From assembly GCA_028534125.1 (NCBI GenBank), contig CM052816.1, forward strand, positions 992,001 to 1,056,000: a stretch of 64,000 nucleotides of DNA, in the 5' to 3' direction. A model generated the notes under the pieces. It did no database searches and was not told the origin of the DNA. It worked only from the letters and a program-made list of their open reading frames with translations. Below, one piece after another: positions 25,705 through 37,650 of the stretch (position 1 is the stretch's first letter; every line of letters starts with the position of its first letter). The translations under genes were made by a program, and so were the position numbers. Source of the stretch: Lama glama. Taxonomy: Eukaryota.

Positions 25705-26994
25705 AAGGTATGCTAAAAGACTGGAGCCTAGGTTCACTTTCGAAATGGGGGAAAAAACACAGGCTGCAAATACGTCCATAATCCTGGCAAGATTCTAGGA
25801 CATGTCATTAAATGGATGACATATGAACTTCAAACATTAGTAGTAGCTCCTCTTGGATTTAGCCTTAAGTCAAGAGCATGTCAGATCAATGCACGTACTG
25901 GAAAAACCCAGCATTTCATCCTGTGCGTCTTCTTTACTACTTATACAGAACACTCCACTTCTGACACCAAATGTGTGGGGGTTTTCTCCCACCAAGCAGT
26001 TCTCTGTGACACCAGCTAGTGACACGATTTAACTCATTTCTGACACTACTTGGAGACAGCATCAGATCCCACAGGTCAGGGACTCAGTATCATGAGACTG
26101 ACTCCACTTCAGATGCCAAGTGCAAGTAGTCAGTCCTCAAGTTACCCACAACTTCAGTTCTACTTGGCTAAAGATGGGAGGTTCTTATGACCCCCCTCTC
26201 CCTTGGATTTGATTATTTGCTAGAACAGCTCACAGAACTCAGGGACACATATGTTTGTTGGTTTATTAAAGGATACAGGTGAACACCAGATGAAGAGATA
26301 CAGAGAGCAATGTTTGGGAGGGTCCTGAGCACAGGAGCTTCTGCCCTCCTGGATTTGGGGTGTGGTACCCTTCTCATATGTGGATGGATTCACCAACCTG
26401 GAAGCTCTCCGAATCCCATACTATTGGGATTTATATGGATGCTTCATCACCTAGGCATGGTCTCTCATTAACTCCATTTTCAACCCTTCTTTCATCTCAA
26501 GAAGATGGAGACTAGGGGAGTGTTAAAAAATTTCAAGCTTCTAATCATATTTTGGTCTTTCCAATGACCAGCCCCCATCCAGGAGCTGTCCACAGCCCAG
26601 GTAAAGTTGCTTCATTAGAACAAATTACACTTCTATCACCCAGGAGATTTCAGGGGTTTCAGGAGCCCTGTGTCAGGAACTGTGGTCAAAGACCAAATAT
26701 TAGAACAAAAGCTGCTCCTAGCCTGCTCTTATTACTCAGGAGATTCCGAGGATTTTAGGAGCTCTGTGTCAGAAACCAGACAAAGACCCAATACATATAT
26801 TTCTTCTTATAAATCACAGTATCACAGATGATACGCCAGAACACTGGAGCCTAGGCAGCAGCGTTCAATAAGGATGCAAAACCATCCATTGTCCTCGCAA
26901 AGTTCTAGAACATTTCATTAAGTGGAGGACATACGAACTCCAAAAATTAGTAGCAGCTCCTCTTGGATTTAGCTTTAAGTCAAGAGCAAGTCAG
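25705..26994 (+). repeat. Dispersed direct repeat (~170-180 bp unit, copies ~25705-25884 and ~26827-26994) on either side of the MER21 LTR
   Basis: Cores 25793-25884 and 26903-26994 align without gaps (82/92 identical by hand count). Both copies also share CTGGAGCCTAGG upstream. Confidence 0.9.
25894..26826. mobile_element. MER21-family LTR
   Basis: ACTTCTGACACCAAATGTGTGGGGGTTTT..CACCAAGCAGTTCTC, GCATCAGATCCCACAGGT, GCTAGAACAGCTCACAGAACTCAGG, and end ATAAATCACAGTATCACA, matching MER21 as recalled. Orientation not determined. Confidence 0.8.
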
Positions 26995-27499
26995 TCCGAT
27001 ATATTAAGAAAAAAGCAACCAGGTCAATTTTGGAACTTGGAAGTCCAATGTTTGAAGGGGTGGTGAAGTTTTTTTTGTTTTTGTTTCTATTGGAGACGAG
27101 TCTCAGGTGGCAGGCGATATTAACAGCATACGGTAGGGTAGGGTTACAGACTAGGAAGTTTGTGTCAAGTCTTTACTACTTTCTAGCCACATAACCTTGG
27201 GCAGAGCGCTCTGCTGCTCGTGGAACCGTGGTCCCAACCTGTAGGTAGTAATACTTGCAAGGTGCTTCGCACAATGCATGTACAACGGAGAGCTGACCTG
27301 CGGGCGCGGGGGGAGGGGGACTTACTTTTTGATTATTCTCATCGTTTTCTTTTTTCAGACCCAAGAAAGGTCCTGCCTCCATGAGAGATGCAGCGAGAAA
27401 AAGTAAGCGATGAATAAAACAGCTTTCCTCTAGTACTGCTACAGCGCTGTCAGCACAGGAACGGTGAATACAGGTCTTGAAACTTCCAGAATTGCTTCT

Positions 27500-28400
27500 C
27501 GCCAGGAGAACCAGCATGGGGAGAGGGGAGCAGCCTGGGTTTGTTCCAGAACCCAGAAAAAGCCAGCGGTTGCTAGGCGACCGTAGGACGGAGGGAAAGG
27601 GGCGAGACTGCCCCTTGCAGGCTCCGCCCCCACTTCCGCACTCCTCGCTCCGCCCCCTTCCCGTCCAAGTCCCGCCAGGCCAGGCAGTCCAAGCATCAAC
27701 CCTTGCGACCGGGCCGAGGCGTCGCGACGCATGCTCACTTCTTCCCGCGCGGCTCTTCGTGACGCGAGCTCCCGCTCTCCGCCACACACTCTGCCCCGCC
27801 CCTTCTTGCTCGGCAGTTCCTCTCGCCCCCAGCTCCGTTCTCGCCCACACCCGTCCTGCCCACACCTCGTCTCCAGTCCTGTGCATAGTGACTGTAGAGC
27901 GACCTCAAGTCCTGCAGACCCACGTTCCGTGCTCCCGTGGTGGCGGTGGTGATGGGCGGGGGGAGTGGGCTAGAAGAATAAGGCGGGATGAGGGGAGGTG
28001 GCAGTTGCCGCGGACTCACTTCCGGAGGACGGGCGGAAGTGGCTGCGGTGGATGGTGGGAGGGGGAAAGGAGCGCGAGGGGAGGGCCGGGCCGCTGGGGG
28101 TCGAGGGGGTGGGGCCTGGGCCGGCAGTGGGGACCTGGACTAGGGCCTGGATTCCGATCTGGGGCGGGCCGCGGCTCCCTGCCGAGGTTGGGGGGGGGCG
28201 GGACCCAGGTAAAGACCCAGCGCAGTTAGGGCGAGGGTCGTCCGGCGGTGGAGGGGTGGGTGACAGAGTCTAGAGAGGATCGCGTTGTCACCCTCTTCCC
28301 GGGTGAACACCGAGCTCGGGATTCCGAGGAGGGTGGGAGGAGTTAAATTCTTGGCTAGGTGGGGGGCCGTTCTTGTGGACGCCACGCCCCTACAGGAAGG
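27500..28400 (+). promoter_or_regulatory. MGAT1: CpG island / distal MGAT1 promoter with candidate non-coding first exon
   Basis: High GC and CpG density with no TATA box. It contains a GC box plus ETS site (CCGCCCCCACTTCCG ~27624-27638), GTCGCGAC and CGCATGC elements (~27721-27734), paired ETS sites (28017-28041), and a candidate donor CAG|GTAAAG at 28208/28209. Confidence 0.8.
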
Positions 28401-28404
28401 AAGG

Positions 28405-28432
28405 GCGCGTGCGTGTGTGCGTGCGTGCGTGT

Positions 28433-28490
<58 letters not shown>

Positions 28491-28493
28491 GTG
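28405..28493. repeat. Compound (GC/GT/AT)n microsatellite; 89 nt of uninterrupted purine-pyrimidine alternation
   Basis: GCGCGTGCGTGTGTGCGTGCGTGCGTGTGTGTATGT(GT)n..., read directly. Confidence 0.97.
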
Positions 28494-29173
28494 GTGTTTG
28501 AGAATAAACTTAGAAGGGAGGGAGCGGCCAGGGTGGGCTACCGGATTGCAAAATTGGAACATCACTGGGACTATTGCTGGTAGGACTCGGGCCTCTAACA
28601 TTCCAGGAGAGTGCTCTCGGGAGTGGCCCCGGGAAGGAGTTTGACGGAGGTTGGGAATTACATCCTTGGCACAGTTTTGGAAGCAGAGGGGGAGGTGAGG
28701 GTGAAGGGAAGGGAGCAAAGAATGCTTGTGGAAGGCGCCAGCATCTAGGTCTGGAATGGATTTAGTTCAGTCAGGGAGAGCTGGCCGATTAAAACACTGC
28801 ACACCCTAAGAAGCTTGGGAGATGTAGGGCGATTAGTGCGTGGTACTAACAAGACACTAGAACAGGAGGATGTTCTTTTCTCTGTTTCTTAAAAGACAAT
28901 CTCCACACACTAGTGGTTTTGGTTACTTCTCTACAGTGCGAATAGGTGCTATCTTTACTTTATCCTAAGCCTTCATGTGCGTACATATTGATGAAGTGAC
29001 TGTTTTGGGGTGCAGTATGTGAGTGAGGTAGGTACTTTGTATAACCTTGTGGAGTGTTTAAGGAAGGGTCTTTGATGATTGAGTAAAGGAATGTAATTTA
29101 GGTAGGGAATCTTAGGAGTCCCTTTGGGTATATAATAGATTAGAGAGTGTCATGATGTTTAAATATTCTGCAG

Positions 29174-29600
29174 GTTAACACAGAAATCAGCTTCCTGGGC
29201 CATGCTGTTTCTAAGGCCTGTTTCTTCTCATGAGCCCCAGCAGAAGACGGACTGGCCAGCCCTCACAGTGGATGCCTTCCCCTCTCTGAACAAAAGATGG
29301 GATAGTACCTGGGATCTGCCTATCACCAGACTCTGGGCTTAATAAACCAGCTGAATGAAGGAATGTAACAGACCCCTGGGAGGGACACTGAAGCCTGCAG
29401 TGGGGGGGGAGGGGCCTGGACATACCCCTTCCCCCCCAGACTCCTCCCCCACAGTTCACTCAGCCATGGACTTTGGACCTGGATAAGAGGAGAGAAGCTA
29501 CAATTTGGTGTATCTGATTTGGGATTCTCAGTTTTGGAAATGGAGTGCTGGATGGGGGTTTGATGATCTTCAGGGGAGCAGCTGAGAGAAGAGAAGAAAG
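29174..29600 (+). other. Candidate additional non-coding MGAT1 5' exon
   Basis: Strong donor AAG|GTAAGG at 29600/29601 and a weaker acceptor TTCTGCAG|G at 29173/29174, in non-repetitive sequence just downstream of the distal CpG island. Confidence 0.4.
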
Positions 29601-32600
29601 GTAAGGTTCCTGTCTCATTTCCCACTTGATGTCTTGCTGCTCCCATGCAGAAAGTGTTGAGTAGGGTAAGTCCCCTGGGGATGCAGCCATTCAGGAAGTG
29701 CCCTGATGAGAACCTGGAACCTGATGGGTCACAGGAAGCTTCACTTCCCCTTCACTCTCTAGGGGTGCAGGCTTGTTCCTAACCTCTCCTTACCCAGGCA
29801 GGAGGAGTACCTTGTAAGAGGTTGTGGGCAATGGCAGTTGTAGAGTAGGCCAAGGAGAGCATGAAAATAATTCAGGCTTCAGAAGGGAGATTGAATCAGA
29901 TTACCTGTAAGGGCCTTTTCAACACTGAGATAATAGGATTCCAAGTCAGTCTGGGCTAAGTACAACCCTGGAATGGATTATCCAGGCAGAGGCAGGCTGC
30001 TGTGTTTTGGGGCGCTAACTGAATAGAACCTCCTTGGGGGGACTGGCAGGTGGGAGATGGTCCAGAGAACTTACTAAATTGTCTCTCCTCCTTCCCCAAT
30101 AAGAACGTGTAGGCTGTGAAACCTCATGGAAAGAGCAGAGGAACAGAACACGGGTTTGGGAATCAGGATTCGTGTTCTCTTCACTTGCAAAATGAGGATA
30201 ACGAACTTTGCAAGCCGCCAACAGGTTGTTAACAAGGAGCAAATGAAATGGTAGATTTGGAGAAGTATCCAGGGCCGTGTACTCGTACAACAGCGACACT
30301 GATGTTGCTTGATATGCTTGTATAGACAGTACATAGAGGAAAAACCCTGAATTAGGAGTTCTGCTCTTTTATTGAATTAGTGTTCTTTCAGAAGCCTTAT
30401 TTGTCCTTAATTAAAATCCTTCCCTGAATCTGTCTCATCCTTTTGCTGATACACAATACCTGGGGTCATGAAGTGGTGGCAAAGTTGCACGGGTTCAAGG
30501 AGATCTGAGGTTGAGGGCTCCTGCCAGATACCTGGTCAACCTTCAGAGCTCTCCAGTCAGTTTGGCGAGCGCTTGGTAGCAGATGGAAGTGTCGGTGGAG
30601 GAAAATGTAAGACTCAAGGGCTGAGTGTCTGGCTGGGAGATGGATCTCCAGTTCTTGGAGTGACACTGGACCTTTCCTCCCTATGCCATAGCCTGGTCTT
30701 CTCTCCTGCTCTGTAAGATGCCAGTTTGTTGTTTTTTTTTTTTTCAGACTGCCATTTTTTAGCCTTCTATATCTTCACAGGCTCTGTTCCCACTTGAAGA
30801 AGAACGTATTTAAGGTCACCTTTGTACTTCCTGCTCGCTCCTTCCTTGAACTCCAGTTTACCCGTGCCATGGTGCCTGCTTTTCTCAGTGACAGCAACAG
30901 CAGAAAAGAGAGGTGTTGAGAATTTTGATGGACAGTGGGGTATGGTGGCCTCGGCTAAGGTTAGGAAGCCTGGCTTCTAGCATCTCTTTGCCTCTCACTG
31001 GCTGTGTAACACCTGGACCTCACATTCACTGGGGGCTGGCAACAATGACAGAGGTCATTTGCAAGCCAAAATCATGCATTTCTGACTTAGTGTCTTTCTT
31101 TTTTCCTCCCTTGCTTCTCTGCCATAGGAGTCCCTGAGTCCCCCAGTGGCCTGAGGGCTGGGCAGACAGAACTAGGTGGAGTTCCTGACCCACCCTTCCT
31201 GGTCTCATTGTTCCTTCTCTGGTCTGACTCGTGGGGCAGCCCCTTTGGGGCCAGGCTTCTACTTTAAAAGGTGTGGATTTCAGGGTGGGCATGTCACCGC
31301 CCCCAGCTTTGCCCAGCAAATTTCTGGTGCTAGTCTTTGCTTAGACACCAGGATCACCCTCAGGGGCATGTGGTCCCGGGATGCCTCTGCAGCCCTCATC
31401 CTGCCTGGGAGGCCTGGGAGTGCTTCGGAGCACTGGGAGTAACAGAGTGGTGCTGTATTTGTACAGTGCTTACATTATGTGAAGTATCCAGGCTATTGTA
31501 TTGGGTCAGTTTTTCGTCACCACATTGTTGTGAAGAGAACAGAGCAGGGATTATTCTTCCTGAGGGGACGCTCTGGAAGCCCTGAGCAGGAAGGGCTTGC
31601 CTAAGTGTGGAGTGGCAGACCCTGTGATCGCCTGCCCAGGGCTGTGCTGGTTTTTACAGCATCTGACCTGACAAGGGCCGTCCGGATTCTGCTGCAGACC
31701 TCCAGGGAGGGGAGCTCCAGTGCCCTGTCAGCCAGCCTCTCTGGTAAGACATTTCCTCCCTAGAGTAAGCCAGAATTCCTCTTCCCTGTCGTTTCCGCTG
31801 AAAGCAGTATTCCTGCCCTCTGCCTGACCCTTCCACAAGACAGTCCTCTCAAGACAGCCATCATCCTTCTCACGGAGGTGCCAGGATGCCAAGGCTCCAC
31901 ACTCACTGGGGGTCTAACCACTTAGCCACGTTAAGTGATAGACTTAACCAAATGTTGTGTGTGTTGTAACTGAATTTATTTATACCCTTTTTTCTTCCAA
32001 AAGGAATTGGCAGTGGCTAACCAAAAGTTCCATTTCACAGACAGTGCTCAGTGATTATCATGTTAATCTTTTTTCTTTGGTCTTGATGAGCTGAGGTTCT
32101 GGGTCTGCCTAGGGAGTGGGGATGTTGAGAGGAGGGGAGAGGGGAAAATAGATACATCATTGATTTCAAACTTTGCTTTTATTTCTGCTTATGGTTTCAA
32201 GCCAAGTCCTGTTCTAAGTTCAGAGCATGAATTCTTTCCAAATTATAAAAAAAATACAGAGTATCTTGGGCATAGTTTATGGGAGAGCAGTTTCCTGAAA
32301 CAATTTTCACTTCCTTCTTATTTCTTCAGGCCTCTTTTGGAAGTAGTGGGGGTTGGCTGGGACCAGATCTTCCTATTCTTTCTATCCTCACAGAATCCAA
32401 TCCCAGTTTCATCTCCAGAATTCAGTCACCTGCCTCCTTGTTTCTGCCCTCCTTCCCCCAAAATCCCTTTCCATGAAACCTCAATCAAGAGCCTCTTTTC
32501 CCAGGTCAGTTTGGCACTTATCACCCTGGCTTCTTGCCTCTCAAACCAAATGTTTTCTCTTGCTTCCATCCAAGAATTCAGCTCAGCTTGATTCTCTAAC

Positions 32601-33999
32601 CAGGTCCTTTCGTTTTGGGCCAGTCCTCTTACAGTCAGGGAATTTCTACTCTTAGATCTTCCTGGGAGCCTTGGAATTTAAACAGAGGACTGTAGCGATG
32701 GGGCGTGAGTTTTGGCACACAGTCACCTGTCCTGTTCCTCACTGAACAGCCTTAGATGGAGAAGGATTATTGGTAGACGTGGGAATCTGGCATCTTATGG
32801 GCTGGTTGTTTTCCCAGCCTTTCAGCATTCCATTATGTCCTTTGTCCCAGACAGTGACTTCAGCTCCTAATATCTTGGATATACAGTATTTCCCAACTTT
32901 TCACACTTTTAGGAAACTTTATGGTTTTTCCTTTTGCCTTGACATGGAGTATTAGTATTAGGCCTTCCATGAGGAAAAGTTTAGAGAGCCGAGGTACAGA
33001 AACATCGGCTGCTGGCTGGCACATGAGCATGAGCTCCCATCTCCTGTCACATTCCATATAGTCAGCTAAACTGGAGACCTTGGACACACACGCACACACC
33101 CACACACAGTCCAGGCTCACTGAGGTGTCAGCTCCAACTGCAGGTTTTCCCTGCTGCCCCACTGTGTGCCTGTCATTGGACACACAGTCATCTCAAAGAG
33201 CACTGTACTCAAGGCTGCATGAGGGGAGGGAATGAGTTTCCATCTTTGGAAGCAGTAATGCTTGGGTCTAAAACTCGGCCATGACCCTCATTAGATATTG
33301 TGACCTTCAGCAAGTTGGCACTTAACCTAAGCCTCAGACTCCTCATCTGTGGAATGGAATGATAACGGATACTCTGCAGAGCTGCTAGTAAAGTTAAAGG
33401 AGAGGCTGAGGAAGGGGTATGGCATGTGGAGGCCTCTGTGCAATTTTGTTTGAACTCCTCACCCCTATGTGGGGAACTTTAGGGCATGTCCTGCCTTTGT
33501 TTCTCAAGAACCCTGCCTATTTCCTAGTTTTACTTAGAAACAAGTTACGGAGGGAAGTCAGTCAGTAACCACACACCACAAAGTTCTGGCCTGCTCTGTG
33601 CTCTGGAGCACGGGAGGGAAGTGGATGGGGGAAGGTGCTGGTGCCAGAAGAGTGGTCCGATCACATGGTAGGGCTGGCCTTGGACTCACTCCTTCTCAGG
33701 AAAGTCGTCTGCATGAGCAGCCAGTTCTCAGCTCCCCACCCTCACTTCTTAGGGTCAGATATAGACATCTAGGCTTTTCCAGGGTCCTCCCCCATCCCCT
33801 TTCACGGGGCTACCACGAGCCTGATTGAGGCTTTTCCTCTTTAGGTCTGGTGGGTCTGCCCTGGGGAAAGTTCTGTCTCTGCTCTTTACTCAGAACTAAC
33901 AGCACCCATTCCCCACCCGGAAAGGAATAAACAGACAAAGAAAAGAAAAAGAAAAAACTTGCTGTTTCTCGATTTTGGCTGCAGGTGTTTCCTCCCTGG

Positions 34000-35050
34000 C
34001 TTCCATTTTGGCGCCCTGGTTCCTGTTCTCGCATCCCTGTACCCTGCAGCCCCTCCATTGCCCCTGACTCCTCCCTCCCGGAAGCTAGGGGTTCCGGGGA
34101 GCAGGCCACCAGACCCTTGGCCTTGGGTTTGGTGAACGCACTCCTGAGATCGGCTGCTAGGCTCTCCCCATCAACTCCAGGCGGTCCTGGGCTCGGGCTG
34201 TGTCTGGGGAGTCGCCAGCAGTAGTCTGAACTGGAGTGGGTTGAGTGTGGTTGCGCTGACGGATATCGACTCGTGGCGTTGCGATTGGGAGCAGCGCAGG
34301 GCCCAGTGGTAACAGCTGCCTCCACAGCATCTCCCGAAGTTGGGGGCCCCGGAAAAGTTGGGGTGTTCTTATGAGAAGTCGGGCGATGGGGCCAGGCGGG
34401 GAAGCCGGGGCCCCGGGCGAGGAGGGGCGGTGGGCCCCGCCCCCCGGCCGGCCCCGCCCCGCTCTCCCCGGGGAAGGGCCACGTTGCCCGCCCGGCGGTC
34501 GGGCCCCGGCGCGCTGCAGGAAGGGCCGGCCAGGCGGACGGCGCCGGCAGCCGCGCGAGCGCCCGGGACGCGCCGCGGCACCGGGCTCGCTCCCCACGCC
34601 CCGGGGCGGGCCAAGTTCAGGGCCGCGGAGTTGGAAGGACCTGGTGAGTAGGGGCCCCGGGACTCCGGCGTCCGTCAGTTCTGGGGCTGGTCCCCGGAAG
34701 GGGACCGAGGTCTGACAGGGAGGCTCCGCGGGAGCCGAGAGGGCGCTCCCGGGGCTCGGGTCCCCCGACAGCCGCGGTGCCCGGGAGCCCCAGCGAGAGG
34801 GACTTGGCCCGGGCCGCCCCGGGTCCCGGCCGCGCGCCCCCTCCCGAGCCGGGAAGTGGAACTCTGCGTTCAGCTTTCGGAATCCCGGGCCTCCAGCTGT
34901 TGGAGAGGGCGGGCTCTGCCGGCAGGGAGGCGGTGGTGAAACCCAGCCTCCGGGCGTCCGTGGGTGCCGGGCCTGGAGGAGGTGGGGTCGCCCGAGACGG
35001 TCTGGGGAGGGGAATGCGGGGTGGCCTCTCCCCAGACCCACCCCAGCGTC
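34000..35050 (+). promoter_or_regulatory. MGAT1: CpG island / proximal MGAT1 promoter with non-coding first exon ending at 34643
   Basis: Very GC/CpG-rich. It has a reverse CCAAT box (ATTGG 34284-34288), several GC boxes (~34424-34460) and a consensus donor CTG|GTGAGT at 34643/34644. The exon end GGGCCAAGTTC...GGACCTG resembles the human MGAT1 5' UTR as recalled. The implied intron is 34644-42220. Confidence 0.85.
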
Positions 35051-36524
35051 CTTTCCACAAGTTCCTAGGGGTTCTTCCTCCTCAGCTGAAAGGAAGAATT
35101 GACTCAATGTAGAAATGTGTAAATTGTCAAAAAAAAAACTTTTTCCTACCTGTTTGCTAACGTGTGTAGAGTAGGGGACCCCTGAGTCGTGCAGGGCCCC
35201 CATCTTATAAACTCAGGAGCAGAGAGGCTGTGGCCAGCCACCTACTCTGTCTGCACAGAACCATGAGCCCCGGGATGAGGTTCCACTTTGGTTAACCTTT
35301 GCCCCTGTGACGTGTTTAATTAGCCTTTGCTCTAAGAACGCGGCTGGCTGAGAGGTTCAGCTTTATTTTCTGTCGTTTATAATACTTTTCAGACCATGCA
35401 GCCTTTTCTCTTAGATGCTTACATCCTCCTGTGTCTGCCTCAAATCTTGAATCACCCCTCCCTGACTCCATTACCCGAGACCACTGCGGTCTCTCTCCTG
35501 GATCCCCACTCTCTGCGCTTTTCTCAGGTTAGAAAGCATCGTGGTATGTCTCAACTCAGTGGCATATGTGACAGGTTAAACTCATTTCTTTTTTGGGACA
35601 TGGGGGAAATTGTCACTGCCCTTTTCGTCCTCAGGGCCCAGGGACCTTGGAGATGATCCAGATCAACCCCTTTCCTGTGCAAATGAGAGAACCAAGGCAC
35701 AAGTGACTTGCCCGAGGTTACTTGGTTTCCCAGGCCTTCTTGCGTTTTGCTGCACTAGCATCGTATTTCCCTTTAGCCTTTTCTTTTCCAGGATGAATAA
35801 CCTGCATCCCTTCCCTCCTAGGTCTTATTCTCTAAGCCCTTGAATTATTTAGTGCATTTTCTCTGACTCCCTTTTAGTTCTAACATCCTTCTGAAATTAT
35901 GGAGCCTGGTACATGGTACAGGAGTCTAGCAGAGTTCTGGTAATGAACAAGAATGTAATTCCGTTAGGTCTCCATTATCTGTGATACGTTCTATACTTTC
36001 TGATTTTTTTAGGCATTTAACATACTAAGCAAGACAGAGATAGAAGGGCAGGCCTGTCAACATTCCTTCAACTTTCATGCTTTCTAAAAGCTAAATTGGA
36101 CTTCTGCTCTATGGTTCACAATGGGAATTTGATGATCTGTTGTTCTCTTGCTGTTTAAGAAACTTTTTTTTTTTTTTTGGCCTCGGAGGACTGGCTAGAG
36201 GATACCATGGGAAGCAGAGTTTTAGAAAGGGATCTCACAGCTCCTAGGCATTTCTACAGAAGAGGAAACTGAGACCCACGGGGGTGGCAGGACCTGCCCA
36301 GAGCCTCCTGGGTTTCGGTTGAGGGTTTTATTTACTAAAAAGGTTCACTCCTCTCCCACCACAGTGCAGATGTCTTTGTACTTGGTGTGGACCAGCTGTG
36401 TCACTTCCCTGAAGAAGCTGTGAAAACACTGGCAAATAAAAGTGCTTTGTGGGTAAATGTCATGGTAGTACATCAGCGACTCAGGTCAAGGTTAAAGACT
36501 GTTGTTCTGTTTTAGAAAAGGGAG

Positions 36525-37045
36525 GTGTGGCAGATTGTATTTTCCCAGAATGGCCACACCCTTAAATATTTCCATTCTACAGTTGTCACAGTAGGACACT
36601 GCCCTCTTCCCACCCGGTAGTGGGGGGATCTTTGTTTCTCTTCCTTTCAGTGTAGCCAGCAACTCGTGATTCCCCTGACCTGTGAATAAGTCAGAAGTGA
36701 TCCAAGGCTGGATCATGAAAAGGGTACAGCTCACCTGACTTGTGTTTTCCCTTGGGACACTCACTTTTGGAATTCAGCCATCATGTTCAGAGGAAGCCCA
36801 GGCCATGTGGACAGACCACATGGAGGTGTTCCAGCCAGCATTCCAGCTGACATCTCAGCTGATGCCAACATCAGCCTGCAGACATGTGAGAGAATTAGCC
36901 TGTAGGGGAGTCTCCCAGACATTGCAGAGCAAAGACAGGTCTGTGCTGCACTGTCCAAATTCCTCACCTATAGAAACTGAGAGGGAATAAATTATTATTA
37001 CTGTTTTAATTCACTAGGTGCTTTTATTATTCAGCAGTAGATAAT
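36525..37045 (+). mobile_element. MLT1-type MaLR LTR
   Basis: Start TGTGGCAGATTGTATTTTCCCAGAATGGCCACA, internal GGAATTCAGCCATCATGT..GAGGAAGCCCAGG, end TGTCCAAATTCCT..TATTCAGCAGTAGATAA. Confidence 0.75.
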
Positions 37046-37169
37046 CTAGTAAGGAAGAGAGTATGAGTTGAGGCAGGCCTCAGAATTTGGACTTGGGGCC
37101 TGAGTGCAGAGGGCACGAGGAACACTTGCTCTGCTGATCAAGGCTACTGAGATTCGATTTTACTTGTTT

Positions 37170-37650
37170 ATTCAGGTACTTATTACCACATAACAAATCA
37201 CCCCAAAACCTAGTGGCTTAAAAACAACAGAGTTATTTTATTCCTGTCTCAGCTATGTGGTTCTTGCTCCTGGTCTTTCATGCGGTTGCAGTCAGATGTA
37301 GCTGGGGCTGGAATCACCTGGAAGGCTTCTTCCGTGTCTAGTGGTTCATGCTGGTTGTCAGCTGGAATACCAACGGGTGTCCCGTCTCTGTGGCCTGGGT
37401 GTCCTCTTACCTTGGTGGCTGGGTTCCAAGAGCAGGCATCTCAGGAGCACCAAGTGGAAACTCTGTTGCCTTTCATGAACTAGTCTCTTAAGTCATGTAA
37501 TCATCACTTCCTCTGTAGTCACAGATCAAAGAGAGGCAATGTAGACCTCACCTCGCGCAACTCTGGAGGGAGGAGTGTCATTGTCACTTTGTAAGAAGAG
37601 CATGTGGGATGGGAGATGCAGTAGTCATCTTTGGAAGATGTAATCCTTTA
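37170..37650 (-). mobile_element. MLT1-type MaLR LTR
   Basis: CATAACAAATCACCCCAAAACCTAGTGGCTTAAAAACAAC and GGTTGCAGTCAGATG..GCTGGGGCTGGAATCA are typical reversed MLT1 motifs. Confidence 0.75.

Noticed and set aside
27176..28718. Long ORFs (236, 250, 192 aa) in the distal CpG island
   Set aside because: Low-complexity Pro/Gly/Arg-rich or microsatellite-derived translations, expected from stop-codon scarcity in GC-rich DNA; no recognisable domain.
33810..35203. 348-aa and other overlapping ORFs in the proximal CpG island
   Set aside because: Same GC-content artefact; several frames are open at once and none resembles a known protein.
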